64,000 nucleotides of DNA from an uncultured Pelagimonas sp. (GTDB taxonomy: Bacteria; Pseudomonadota; Alphaproteobacteria; Rhodobacterales; Rhodobacteraceae): the NCBI GenBank assembly GCA_947497905.1, contig CANMIH010000006.1, forward strand, positions 82,467 to 146,466, written 5' to 3'. This document shows, piece by piece, positions 38,203 through 47,378 of this stretch (its first letter is position 1; each line of letters starts with the position of its first letter). Below the pieces are notes generated by a model that had not been told where the DNA came from, searched no databases, and was given only the letters and a program-made list of their open reading frames with translations. Position numbers and translations under genes: made by a program.

Positions 38203-40713
38203 ATGAAAACCCAAGTCAAAGCACTGGTTGTCGGCGGTGGTGCCGTCGGCACATCGATTGCCTATCATCTGGCCAAAGCAGGCTGGGATGATGTTATGCT
38301 GATTGAGCGGGACGAGCTGACATCCGGCTCGACCTGGCACGCAGCCGGCCTGTTGCCGCTGTTCAATATGTCTTACGCGACAACCCACATTCACAAGTAT
38401 TCCGTCGACTTCTACAAGCAGCTGGAAGAAGAAACCGGTCTGAACGCGGGCTTCGCGGTTGTCGGCAACCTGCGCATGGCGCAGACACAGGAACGTATGG
38501 ATGAGTACATGCTGTACGCCTCCACTGCGGAAACCTGTGACGTTGACTATGAGTGGCTGACCCCGGATCAGATCAAAGAGCGCTGGCCGCTGATTGAAAC
38601 CGGCGACCTGAAAGGTGCGATCTATCACACCGAAGATGGCTACATTAACCCCGCAGATGTGACCCAGGCCATGGCCAAGGGCGCGCGTCAGCGCGGTGTT
38701 GAGATCGTCCGTAAGATGCAGGCTGACGCCTTCCACTGGACCGGCACTCACTGGGAAGTTACCTGCACCAAAATGGTCGAAAAAGGTGGCAACCTTGTTC
38801 CGTCTGACGAACAAGTTGTTATCACCGCTGAGCATGTTGTCACCGCATCGGGCAACCACGCACAGCGCACCGCGAAGATGCTTGGCATCAAGATGCCTGC
38901 CATCCCGGTTGAGCACACCTTCATTGTCATGGACAAAGACCCTGAGCTGGTGAAGTGGCGTGAGGCGGGCAACCCCGAGCACCCCGTTGTGCGTGACGCC
39001 GACAATGAATCCTACGCCCGTGAAGAGCGCGGTGGCTGGATCCTTGGAATCTACGAGCGTGGCGCCCCGGCGCAGTTCGAGCATGGTGTGCCGGATAGCT
39101 TCCGTGCGGACCTGTTCCCGCTGGATATCGACCGTATTGCGGATCAGTACATGGCGATGGCCGAACGCGTGCCTTCCTGTGCGGAAAGCGGCCTGAAAGA
39201 CGATTTCAACGGCCCGATCTGCTACACCCCAGACGGCAACCCGCTGGTTGGCCCGGCACCTGGTCTGCGTAACATGTGGCTGGCGGAAGGTTTCTCCTTC
39301 GGCATCACCGCTGCAGGCGGCACCGGCTACTACCTCGCCCAGATGATGGTCGATGGCGAAGCCGAGATCGACATGGCATCGCTGGACCCCAAGCGTTACA
39401 GCTCGAACTGGATGACAACCGAGTTCGCGGCACGCAAGAACGAAGAATGCTACGAGCACGTCTACATTCTGCACCACCCCGACGAAGAGCGTGCGGCCTG
39501 CCGCCCGCTGCGCACAGCACCGGCCTATGACCGCCAGAAAGCACGCGGCGCACAGTTCGGCTGGGTCAACGGTTGGGAACGCCCGAACTATTTCGGCCCG
39601 CTTGATGCACCGCAGAACTACGACGAAGAGGGACGTTCGTTCCGCCGTGGCGGCTGGTGGCAGCACGCTGTGGACGAAGCCAAAGCGATCCGCGAAGGTG
39701 TTGGCCTGATCGACGCTACCGCCTTCACCAAACACGTCGTCAAAGGCCCCGGTGCCACCCAGTTCCTCGACTGGTTCACCTGTAACAAACTGCCGAAAGT
39801 GGGTCGCATCAATCTGACCTATGCGCTGACCTCGGCGGGCACCACGCGCACCGAATACACCATCGTGCGCAACGGTGAGAACAACTACTATCTGGTCTCG
39901 GCGGGTGCCTGGACCGAGTATGACGCGGACTTCCTGCGCAAGGCCGCCGAAGACAAGATGGAAGAGTTCGGTTACATCGAGATCCAGGATGTCACCACCC
40001 AATGGGGCGTCTTTGCCATCGCTGGTCCCAAGTCGCGCGATGTTCTGAAAGAGATCATCGTCGATGCGGACAAGGAAACCGCTCTGTCGAACAAGCGCTT
40101 CCCGTGGCTCTCGGCCCGTCAGATTGAATTGGGCATGTGCCCGGTCAATGCAATCCGTGTGGCCTATACCGGTGAGTTGGGTTGGGAATTGCACCACCCG
40201 ATCGAAATGCAGAACTACCTGTTCGACCTGCTGGAAAAAGCCGGTGAGAAACACGGTATGAAACTGGTTGGTGCGCGGGCTCAGAACTGGCTGCGTCAGG
40301 AGAAATCCTATCGTGCCTTCGGAACCGAACTGGGCCGCGACGCGACCCCGGCCGAAGCTGACCTGCCGCGCTTTATCGATCTGTCCAAGGACTTCAACGG
40401 TAAAGAGGCCATGGTTGAGACCGGTGTGCGCTTCAAATGCTGCACGCTGCTGATCGACGGTCCGGCGGATGCGGACCCTTGGGGCCGCGAAGCGATCTAC
40501 GCTGAAGATGGCACAACCCGTCTGGGTCGCCTGACCTCGGGTGGGTACTCGGTCGCTTTCGAGAAATCGATTGGAATGGGCTACCTGCCGCCCGAGCTTG
40601 CGGTTGAAGGCACCAAGGTGAAGATCAAGATGCAGGACAAGCTGTGGGATGCGGTTGTCACCTGCGACAGCCCCTATGATCCGAAAAACGAAACCATCCG
40701 TGTCAACGGCTAA
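38203..40713 (+). CDS. Dimethylglycine/sarcosine dehydrogenase-family FAD oxidoreductase with a GcvT folate-binding domain
   Basis: 836 aa. N-terminal GGGAVG DAO domain and C-terminal aminomethyltransferase-like domain. Confidence 0.85.
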   Translation: MKTQVKALVVGGGAVGTSIAYHLAKAGWDDVMLIERDELTSGSTWHAAGLLPLFNMSYATTHIHKYSVDFYKQLEEETGLNAGFAVVGNLRMAQTQERMDEYMLYASTAETCDVDYEWLTPDQIKERWPLIETGDLKGAIYHTEDGYINPADVTQAMAKGARQRGVEIVRKMQADAFHWTGTHWEVTCTKMVEKGGNLVPSDEQVVITAEHVVTASGNHAQRTAKMLGIKMPAIPVEHTFIVMDKDPELVKWREAGNPEHPVVRDADNESYAREERGGWILGIYERGAPAQFEHGVPDSFRADLFPLDIDRIADQYMAMAERVPSCAESGLKDDFNGPICYTPDGNPLVGPAPGLRNMWLAEGFSFGITAAGGTGYYLAQMMVDGEAEIDMASLDPKRYSSNWMTTEFAARKNEECYEHVYILHHPDEERAACRPLRTAPAYDRQKARGAQFGWVNGWERPNYFGPLDAPQNYDEEGRSFRRGGWWQHAVDEAKAIREGVGLIDATAFTKHVVKGPGATQFLDWFTCNKLPKVGRINLTYALTSAGTTRTEYTIVRNGENNYYLVSAGAWTEYDADFLRKAAEDKMEEFGYIEIQDVTTQWGVFAIAGPKSRDVLKEIIVDADKETALSNKRFPWLSARQIELGMCPVNAIRVAYTGELGWELHHPIEMQNYLFDLLEKAGEKHGMKLVGARAQNWLRQEKSYRAFGTELGRDATPAEADLPRFIDLSKDFNGKEAMVETGVRFKCCTLLIDGPADADPWGREAIYAEDGTTRLGRLTSGGYSVAFEKSIGMGYLPPELAVEGTKVKIKMQDKLWDAVVTCDSPYDPKNETIRVNG

Positions 40714-40743
40714 TAGGTTTCCCACCTAGATTGAAACTCTGTA

Positions 40744-40771
40744 AGCCAGCCCGGTTTGGGCTGGCTTTTTC
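40744..40771 (+). terminator. Rho-independent terminator after the dehydrogenase gene
   Basis: AGCCAGCCC-N5-GGGCTGGCT followed by TTTTC. Confidence 0.85.
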
Positions 40772-40859
40772 ATTTGGTGTCGCTTCTGAAACTGCGGATG
40801 CAGTGGAACATCTTGCATCTTGAGATGAGTTCGCTTGAATGCGGAACAGAGGAGAGATC

Positions 40860-41387
40860 ATGTCCGAATTTACATTTGAAACGCTGGTGCAGGATATTTG
40901 CACCCATGCCGCATCTGAAACACCCATTGCTGATATCCAGGACTATTTGCAGAATCTGGTGGATGCGCCTGATGCGCTCTTGGCTGCAACACCGCAGGAC
41001 GGGCCTGACGAAACGCTTTTATTCGAAGACGACCGCGTCTCGATCTGGCATTGCCGGTTTCAGCCGGGGGTTATGGTGCCGCCCCATGAACATCTGATGC
41101 CGGTGGTGATTGGCGCCTATGCCGGCTGTGAAACCAGCATTCTGTTTGACCGGTCCGGTGATGACATGACCGAGCGGGGTCGTATTTCTGCCCGCGCGGG
41201 TGAGGTGATCGCGCTTGATAAAGATGCGGTGCATGCGGTGATTGCCGAGGGCACCACGCCGTCCGAGGCGATCCATGTCTATATGGGGCCATTGACCGCC
41301 ATCAAACGTGATCTCTTTGACTGGGACACCGGTGCCGCTGTGCCTTTTACCATGGAAGCGTTTCAGGAGCTGAGCCGCGAGGTTTGA
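40860..41387 (+). CDS. Cupin-fold (double-stranded beta-helix) metal-dependent protein
   Basis: HEH metal motif in PPHEHLMPVVIG and GGAG Shine-Dalgarno upstream. Confidence 0.6.
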   Translation: MSEFTFETLVQDICTHAASETPIADIQDYLQNLVDAPDALLAATPQDGPDETLLFEDDRVSIWHCRFQPGVMVPPHEHLMPVVIGAYAGCETSILFDRSGDDMTERGRISARAGEVIALDKDAVHAVIAEGTTPSEAIHVYMGPLTAIKRDLFDWDTGAAVPFTMEAFQELSREV

Positions 41388-41450
41388 AAACTCAGCTTGC
41401 CAAGTGCGCCCTCCCGCCTATCTTGCGCGCAACCAAATACGGAGCTTTCC

Positions 41451-41900
41451 ATGACACTCAAAGTCTATCTCTCTGGTGAAATTCACACCGACTGGCGCGA
41501 ACAGATTATCGCGGGTGCTGCGGGCCTGGATGTGTCGTTTGATGCGCCAGTCACAGATCACGGGGCCAGCGATGATTGCGGCGTGACCATTTTGGGCGCG
41601 GAAGACAACAAATTCTGGCACGACAACAAAGGCGCGCAGATGAACGCCATCCGCACCCGCAAACTGATCTCAGATGCCGATGTTGTGGTTGTGCGCTTTG
41701 GTGAGAAATACAAACAGTGGAACGCGGCCTTTGATGCGGGCTATGCCGCAGCAATGGGTAAATCGCTGATTATTCTGCAGCAGCCCGAGCATGATCACGC
41801 TCTGAAAGAGGTGGATGCGGCGGCGCAGGCGGTGGCGCGTACACCTGAGCAGGTGGTGCAGATTCTGCGCTATACTCTGACAGGTGAGCTTCCTGCCTAA
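41451..41900 (+). CDS. YtoQ family protein (nucleoside 2-deoxyribosyltransferase-like fold)
   Basis: KVYLSGEIHTDWREQI N-terminus typical of YtoQ, and GGAG Shine-Dalgarno upstream. Confidence 0.7.
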   Translation: MTLKVYLSGEIHTDWREQIIAGAAGLDVSFDAPVTDHGASDDCGVTILGAEDNKFWHDNKGAQMNAIRTRKLISDADVVVVRFGEKYKQWNAAFDAGYAAAMGKSLIILQQPEHDHALKEVDAAAQAVARTPEQVVQILRYTLTGELPA

Positions 41901-41929
41901 GAGGCTGCAAGTCGGAACCAACTCAGAGA

Positions 41930-41965
41930 AAACGCGAGGGGCTGGCCCCTCGCGTTTTGTTTTGC
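41930..41965. terminator. Bidirectional terminator between the ytoQ-like gene and the GST gene
   Basis: ACGCGAGGGG-N4-CCCCTCGCGT flanked by AAA and TTTGTTTT. Confidence 0.85.
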
Positions 41966-41977
41966 GTTCGTCAGGCC

Positions 41978-42679
41978 TTATTCCGGGCGCGCCGGAATGT
42001 TCAGACCTTTCTGGACCGCAGGGCGGGCCATGAAGCGGTCAAGATAGGCCACAACATTTGGGAAGCTCTCCCACTCCAGCACATCTTTGGTGCCGTAGAA
42101 GTTCAGCGCATTCAGCCAGGGCGCAATCGCAATATCGGCGATGGAATAGTCACCGGCGACCCAGTCACGCCCCTCAAGATGCAGGTTCAGCACATTCAAA
42201 AGCCGCTTGCCTTCATCAATGTAGCGTTGACGAGGACGCGGATCTTCGATCTCGCTGCCGGCGAATTTTGAGAAATAGCCGAGCTGACCAAACATCGGCC
42301 CAAGACCGCCCATCTGGAACATCAGCCACTGGGTGACGGTTGCTTTGTCCGCTGCGGTTTTGCCTATCAGCTGGCCACTTTTCTCGGCGAGATAGAGCAG
42401 GATGGCGCCGGATTCGAACAGTTCAACCTGCGCCCCATCCGGCCCGTTGGGGTCAATGATCGCCGGGATCTTGTTGTTGGGGTTCAGCGACAGGAACTCG
42501 GGGCTTTTGACATCTGCATCCGAGAGCGTCACCAGATGGGGCTCATAGGCGATGCCCATTTCCTCAAGTGCGATGGACACCTTTACACCGTTGGGGGTGG
42601 GGAAAGAGTAGAGCTGAAGCAGCTCAGGATTGTCTGCGGGCCAGCGTTTCGAAATCGGGTGTGCGGTCACGTCACTCAT
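41978..42679 (-). CDS. Glutathione S-transferase (YfcG/YghU-like)
   Basis: Thioredoxin-like N-domain (LYSFPTPNGVKVSIALEE). Confidence 0.85.
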   Translation of the reverse strand: MSDVTAHPISKRWPADNPELLQLYSFPTPNGVKVSIALEEMGIAYEPHLVTLSDADVKSPEFLSLNPNNKIPAIIDPNGPDGAQVELFESGAILLYLAEKSGQLIGKTAADKATVTQWLMFQMGGLGPMFGQLGYFSKFAGSEIEDPRPRQRYIDEGKRLLNVLNLHLEGRDWVAGDYSIADIAIAPWLNALNFYGTKDVLEWESFPNVVAYLDRFMARPAVQKGLNIPARPE

Positions 42680-42828
42680 GGTGAAGCCTTTCAAATTCTC
42701 GTTCGGGGGAAAGCTATGTGCGATTTCCCGGTTTGTAACCCTTAGATCTGTGCGAATACGCAGAGGTGGTGTTTATATGGTGCCGGGCCGCAGGTGTATG
42801 GCCCGAAAGTGGGACAGGGAAACGCGAC

Positions 42829-43251
42829 ATGTTGAATGAGTTCAAGACCTTTATTGCCAAAGGCAACGTCATGGATATGGCGGTCGGTATCATTATTGGT
42901 GCGGCCTTTACGGCCATTGTGAAATCGCTGGTGGGCGACATGATCAATCCGATCATTTCACTGTTTACCGGTGGGATTGACTTCACCGGTTGGTTCTATG
43001 CGCTGAATGGCGAAACCTATGCCTCTCTGGCGGCGGCGCAAGAGGCCGGGGCGCCCGTGTTTGCGGTGGGTAATTTTGTCATGGCGGTCTTCAACTTCCT
43101 GATCATCGCCTTTGTGGTCTTTATGCTGGTGCGGACCGTGAACCGCATCAAAGAAGCGACAGAGAAACAGGAAGAGGCCGCGCCCGAGGCCCCTAAGGGA
43201 CCCAGCGAGTTGGATATCCTGATCGAGATTCGCGACTCTTTGAAAAAGTAA
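42829..43251 (+). CDS. mscL: Large-conductance mechanosensitive channel
   Basis: [27 protein letters not shown] is near-consensus for MscL. Confidence 0.95.
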   Translation: MLNEFKTFIAKGNVMDMAVGIIIGAAFTAIVKSLVGDMINPIISLFTGGIDFTGWFYALNGETYASLAAAQEAGAPVFAVGNFVMAVFNFLIIAFVVFMLVRTVNRIKEATEKQEEAAPEAPKGPSELDILIEIRDSLKK

Positions 43252-43272
43252 AAAACGTCTTATGTGTTCAAC

Positions 43273-43310
43273 TGCCCGCCCCGAGTCATCGGTGGCGGGC
43301 ATTTTTTGTT
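43273..43310 (+). terminator. Rho-independent terminator after mscL
   Basis: TGCCCGCC-N13-GGCGGGCA followed by TTTTTTG. Confidence 0.85.
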
Positions 43311-43377
43311 TTGGGCGTTGCTAAATCTTATTTGTTCACGTTATGTTCTAATCGAGATTTAGCTTAGGATTGAGCAC

Positions 43378-43773
43378 ATGCTTGAAGGAAGTTGTTGCTG
43401 CGGCGCTGTTGCGTTTCGCATTGTTGAGGACCCCACCATGATGGGCACCTGTCATTGCACGCGGTGCCGAAAACTGGGGGCAAGCGCGATAGTCTTTGTC
43501 AAACGCGAGGCGCTGGAATGGGTGCGCGGTAAAGAGAATGTCGCCACCTATTCACCGGAGGCGCCGCACAAATACCCGCGGTGTTTCTGTAAAACCTGCG
43601 GTACATCGCTGGGTGAAATTCTGTCCGACGAAGACAGTTTTCCCATTGCAGCCAATGCTTTTGATGCGGGGCTGACGCTGAAAACGCAGTTTCATGAGTT
43701 CGTTTCGGAAAAACCGGACTGGTATGAGATCTGCGATGACGCACCGCAAAATGCGGGCCATCCGGGTGCATGA
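43378..43773 (+). CDS. GFA (glutathione-dependent formaldehyde-activating / CENP-V) family protein
   Basis: Zinc-binding Cys pattern: CCCGAV, CHCTRCRK, CKTCG. Confidence 0.8.
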   Translation: MLEGSCCCGAVAFRIVEDPTMMGTCHCTRCRKLGASAIVFVKREALEWVRGKENVATYSPEAPHKYPRCFCKTCGTSLGEILSDEDSFPIAANAFDAGLTLKTQFHEFVSEKPDWYEICDDAPQNAGHPGA

Positions 43774-43814
43774 GACGACGAGGCCCGCCCGCAAGAGGCA
43801 GGCGGGCCAAAGGT

Positions 43815-44096
43815 TCAGAGTAGGACAATCCAGCTGTCTGAACCTGCGCGGCGCAGGGCGTGGATATCGGCCAGCTCTGGGTCGTTGATCCAGTTCTGAG
43901 CGTGGTCGCGATCCGGGAAGGCGAGAACAACGGCCGCATCCGGTTTGGTGCGGTTCCCTTCGAGAACCAGAGTATCGGTTGAGGCCTGTAACGGGGTGCC
44001 CTTGTGGCGGGTAACGGCATCGCCAGCTTTGCTGCGATACTCGGCCAGAGTTTCAGGATTGGTGACGTTCAGTGTGACGATAACGTGGGCGGTCAT
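43815..44096 (-). CDS. DUF1330 domain protein
   Basis: 93 aa dimeric alpha-beta-barrel-like protein. The sequence is DUF1330-like. Confidence 0.65.
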   Translation of the reverse strand: MTAHVIVTLNVTNPETLAEYRSKAGDAVTRHKGTPLQASTDTLVLEGNRTKPDAAVVLAFPDRDHAQNWINDPELADIHALRRAGSDSWIVLL

Positions 44097-44194
44097 AGCG
44101 TGTCCTTTCGGGTTTGATACCCGATAGATGGGGTGTGGTAGTTGGATCGAAAACGATCATTTATTGGCAACGCTTGTGCAGATATAATCGGGAT

Positions 44195-45073
44195 ATGTTG
44201 GACTGGAATGATTTGAAATTTGTGCTGGAAACCGCACGGCAGGGCGGGATCAGTGGCGCTGCACGGGTACTGGGCGTGAACCACGCGACTGTGGCACGGC
44301 GGATCACTGCGGCTGAGGCGGCGCTGGGGACCCGGTTGTTTGACAGGTTGGCCAGCGGCTATGTCACAACTGAAGCTGGTCAAGACGCAGTGCACCACGC
44401 AGAAGAGATGGAACGGGTCAGTGCCAAGCTCGACAGGCAGATTGGGGCGCGAGACACGGAGGTGCGTGGGAAACTCACGGTCACGGCTCCGCAATTGCTG
44501 ATCGAGCGGGCGCTACAGCCGATCCTGCGCGATTTCATCGATGATCATCCAGATATCGAGATGCGCCTGCTGGCGAGCAACACCATTCTCAACCTGTCGC
44601 AGCGCGAAGCGGATGTGGCGTTTCGGATCTCAATGGAGCCTGCGCCCACGCTTGTTGGGCATCGTGTGAGTGAGCAAAAGGCCGCGATTTATGCCACGCC
44701 GGATTTGATTGCACGCGATCCGGGCGGCGCTGCGCCCTTGGATTGGATCCGCTTCATCTCGTGGCCCGGACCCATTCAAGAGGTGCGCGAACTAAGGCCC
44801 AATCTCCGCACCCGGCTTGAGGTGGATGATATGTATGGGGCGATTGCGGCGGCGCGGGCGGGTATTGGTGCGACCCGCATGGCCTGTTTTCTGGGCGATA
44901 GTGACCCGGAGCTTCAACGTGTGCCGGGATTGCCAGTGTTTGCCTATGCGCCGGTCTGGATCTTGACCCATCAGGATCTGCGTCAAGTGCCGCGCATTCG
45001 CGCCTTTGTTGAGTTTGCCTCAAAGCGCCTGCGGCAGATGCGCCCCCTGTTTGAGGGCGCATCTGCGGATTAG
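44195..45073 (+). CDS. LysR family transcriptional regulator
   Basis: The wHTH sequence ISGAARVLGVNHATVARRI. Confidence 0.88.
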   Translation: MLDWNDLKFVLETARQGGISGAARVLGVNHATVARRITAAEAALGTRLFDRLASGYVTTEAGQDAVHHAEEMERVSAKLDRQIGARDTEVRGKLTVTAPQLLIERALQPILRDFIDDHPDIEMRLLASNTILNLSQREADVAFRISMEPAPTLVGHRVSEQKAAIYATPDLIARDPGGAAPLDWIRFISWPGPIQEVRELRPNLRTRLEVDDMYGAIAAARAGIGATRMACFLGDSDPELQRVPGLPVFAYAPVWILTHQDLRQVPRIRAFVEFASKRLRQMRPLFEGASAD

Positions 45074-45074
45074 A

Positions 45075-46193
45075 TTACGACTTCAGTGCCAGCTGGGGCG
45101 AGATCACGTCGATGCCAAGTGCTTTGCCCACCGCGTAGTATGTGAGCTTGCCCGCGTGGACATTCAGGCCGTTCAACAGGTGCGGATCGTCGGCGCAGGC
45201 CTGTTTCCACCCTTTGTCGGCAAGCGCCAGCATGAAGGGCATGGTGGCATTGCCAAGCGCGATGGTCGAAGTGCGTGCCACGGCGCCGGGCATGTTGGCG
45301 ACGCAATAGTGCATGATCCCATCAACGTCATAGATCGGGTCGGCATGGGTGGTTGCGCGCGAGGTCTCAAAGCAGCCGCCCTGATCGATCGCAACATCTA
45401 CAAGAACAGCACCCGGCTTCATGGTCGAGAGCTGAGCGCGGCTGACCAGTTTTGGAGCTTCGGCGCCAGGGATCAGAACCGCGCCGATTACCATGTCGGC
45501 GTCTTTGATCAGCTCGGCAGTGGCGCCTGCGGTCGAATACTGGTTTTTGAAGTCGCGGCCAAACACGTCGTCGAGATACTTCAGACGTGGCAGCGAACGA
45601 TCCAGGATGGTGACATCCGCGCCCATGCCCGCTGCGATCTTTGCCGCGTGAGTACCAACAACACCGCCGCCGATCACAACAACCTTGGCCGGGCCAACAC
45701 CGGGAACACCGCCCATGAGAACGCCGCGACCGCCATTTGCTTTTTGCAGAGTCCAGGAACCAACCTGAGGCGCAAGGCGACCGGCAACTTCGGACATCGG
45801 CGCCAGCAGAGGCAGACCACCGCGGTCGTCGGTCACGGTTTCATAGGCAATGGCCGTGCAGCCAGACTCCAACAGGTCTTTGGTCTGCTCGGGATCGGGG
45901 GCGAGGTGCAGGTAGGTGAACAGAAGCTGACCCTCGCGCAGCATCTTGCGCTCGACGGCCTGAGGTTCTTTCACCTTCACGATCATATCGGCGGTGGCAA
46001 AGATTTCCTCGGCCGTGGCGATGATCTTGGCACCGGCCGCCTCATAGGTCGCGTCATCAAATCCTGCGCCCATGCCGGCACCGGCCTGAATGAAGACCTC
46101 GTGGCCATGCGCCACGGCCTCTTGGGCGGCGTTTGGCGTCATACCAACGCGGAATTCCTGGGGTTTGATCTCGGTGGGGCATCCGATTTTCAT
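45075..46193 (-). CDS. ald: Alanine dehydrogenase
   Basis: 372 aa with MKIGCPTEIKPQEFRVG and VIGGGVVG motifs. Confidence 0.95.
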   Translation of the reverse strand: MKIGCPTEIKPQEFRVGMTPNAAQEAVAHGHEVFIQAGAGMGAGFDDATYEAAGAKIIATAEEIFATADMIVKVKEPQAVERKMLREGQLLFTYLHLAPDPEQTKDLLESGCTAIAYETVTDDRGGLPLLAPMSEVAGRLAPQVGSWTLQKANGGRGVLMGGVPGVGPAKVVVIGGGVVGTHAAKIAAGMGADVTILDRSLPRLKYLDDVFGRDFKNQYSTAGATAELIKDADMVIGAVLIPGAEAPKLVSRAQLSTMKPGAVLVDVAIDQGGCFETSRATTHADPIYDVDGIMHYCVANMPGAVARTSTIALGNATMPFMLALADKGWKQACADDPHLLNGLNVHAGKLTYYAVGKALGIDVISPQLALKS

Positions 46194-46381
46194 GGCTCTC
46201 TCCTCCTAGCCAGACTGGTTCGCCAATTGGGTGGCGCTTTGGCCTTTCGAAGGTCGCCGCGCCCTGATAGAAGGATGAGCCGGTTCTGATGCAATTTTTG
46301 TGTTGATTTGCCCCGGTGGTAGCGAGAACATTCGAAGAATCTTCGAACAGAACGCGGTTTGGCGAAAAGGATCTGGCCACG

Positions 46382-46840
46382 ATGTCGTTAGATGATACCG
46401 ATCGGCGCATTCTGCGCGTGCTGCAACGCAAGGGGCGCATTTCGAATGCGGACCTGTCAGAGGCCGTCAATTTATCCGCCTCGGCCTGCCACAGACGTGT
46501 GCAACGTTTGGAAGCAGATGGCTATGTAAAGGACTATGTTGCGCTGCTGGATGCCCGAAAATTAGGCATGCCATCGACCATTTTCGTAGAAATTAAGCTA
46601 AGTGCGCAGGCGGACGATGTGCTGGAGGCCTTTGAAAAGGCCGTCGCACGGGTTCCGGATGTTTTGGAATGTCACCTGATGGCGGGAACAGCAGACTATA
46701 TTCTCAAAGTTGTGGCAGAAGACACCGAGGATTTCGCACGCATTCACCGTCAGTATCTGACACGGTTGCCGGGAGTGGCGCAGATGCAGTCGTCGTTTGC
46801 CCTACGCACCGTGTTCAAGACGACGGCCTTGCCGGTTTAG
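46382..46840 (+). CDS. Lrp/AsnC family transcriptional regulator, divergent from ald
   Basis: DRRILRVLQRKGRISNADLSEAV HTH followed by a RAM domain. Confidence 0.9.
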   Translation: MSLDDTDRRILRVLQRKGRISNADLSEAVNLSASACHRRVQRLEADGYVKDYVALLDARKLGMPSTIFVEIKLSAQADDVLEAFEKAVARVPDVLECHLMAGTADYILKVVAEDTEDFARIHRQYLTRLPGVAQMQSSFALRTVFKTTALPV

Positions 46841-47121
46841 AACCCGAACTTTTCGCGTTTCTCGTCGAGATAGTAACACAGCGGGCTGAATTGCTCGCTC
46901 AGTTGCAGCTCGTCCATTTCGCGTTTGATCTCGCGCATTTCATCGCGGTCGGCGCGGAGTTTTACGGATTTGGAACGCACTGCGACCTGATAATCATACA
47001 GCCATTCATAAACATAGTCTTGGGTTCGAAACTTATCCGTACACCGGCCGTGTGGCTCCTCGACACAGGCCGCGAGTAAAAGTGGTGCACCCAGTACGAT
47101 CCCAAATGTGATCTTTTTCAT
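46837..47121 (-). CDS. Putative lipoprotein immediately downstream of ccoS
   Basis: Lipobox LLLAAC. Only 82 nt after ccoS on the same strand, with no T-tract terminator between them. Confidence 0.5.
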   Translation of the reverse strand: MKKITFGIVLGAPLLLAACVEEPHGRCTDKFRTQDYVYEWLYDYQVAVRSKSVKLRADRDEMREIKREMDELQLSEQFSPLCYYLDEKREKFGF

Positions 47122-47203
47122 AAATCTCATCTCCCGAATGGCTGTGATTTTTCGGGAGGAAATGTGATCAAACTAAGGCGAAGAGGGGCAAGTTTCTTGG
47201 CGC

Positions 47204-47365
47204 TTAGTCAGGCTTTGGATGATCGTCGTATTCGCCAGACAGGATGCGCTGAGAGTTGCCTTCGGGGTCGTCATACTGGTTCGCCCGAAGGGTGAAAACA
47301 AAGAAGGCAAGTCCCGCGCCGCCCAGGATAAGGGAAATGGGAATGAGGTATGCAAGCACGTTCAT
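47204..47365 (-). CDS. ccoS: cbb3 oxidase maturation protein CcoS/FixS (53 aa, not in the ORF track)
   Basis: My own translation of the minus strand gives MNVLAYLIPISLILGGAGLAFFVFTLRANQYDDPEGNSQRILSGEYDDHPKPD, the typical CcoS sequence. Confidence 0.9.
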   Translation of the reverse strand: MNVLAYLIPISLILGGAGLAFFVFTLRANQYDDPEGNSQRILSGEYDDHPKPD

Positions 47366-47378
47366 TGTTGGGGTCCTT

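Noticed and set aside
38101-40725. An 874-aa minus-strand ORF spans the whole dimethylglycine-dehydrogenase-family gene.
   Set aside because: It is in exactly the same codon phase as the plus-strand gene (both triplet sets start at positions congruent to 1 mod 3). It therefore stays open simply because the sense gene uses no TTA, CTA or TCA codons, which is a GC-rich codon-usage artefact. Its translation is low-complexity (R/G/A/V-rich) with no recognisable domain, whereas the sense product has clear DAO and GcvT domains.
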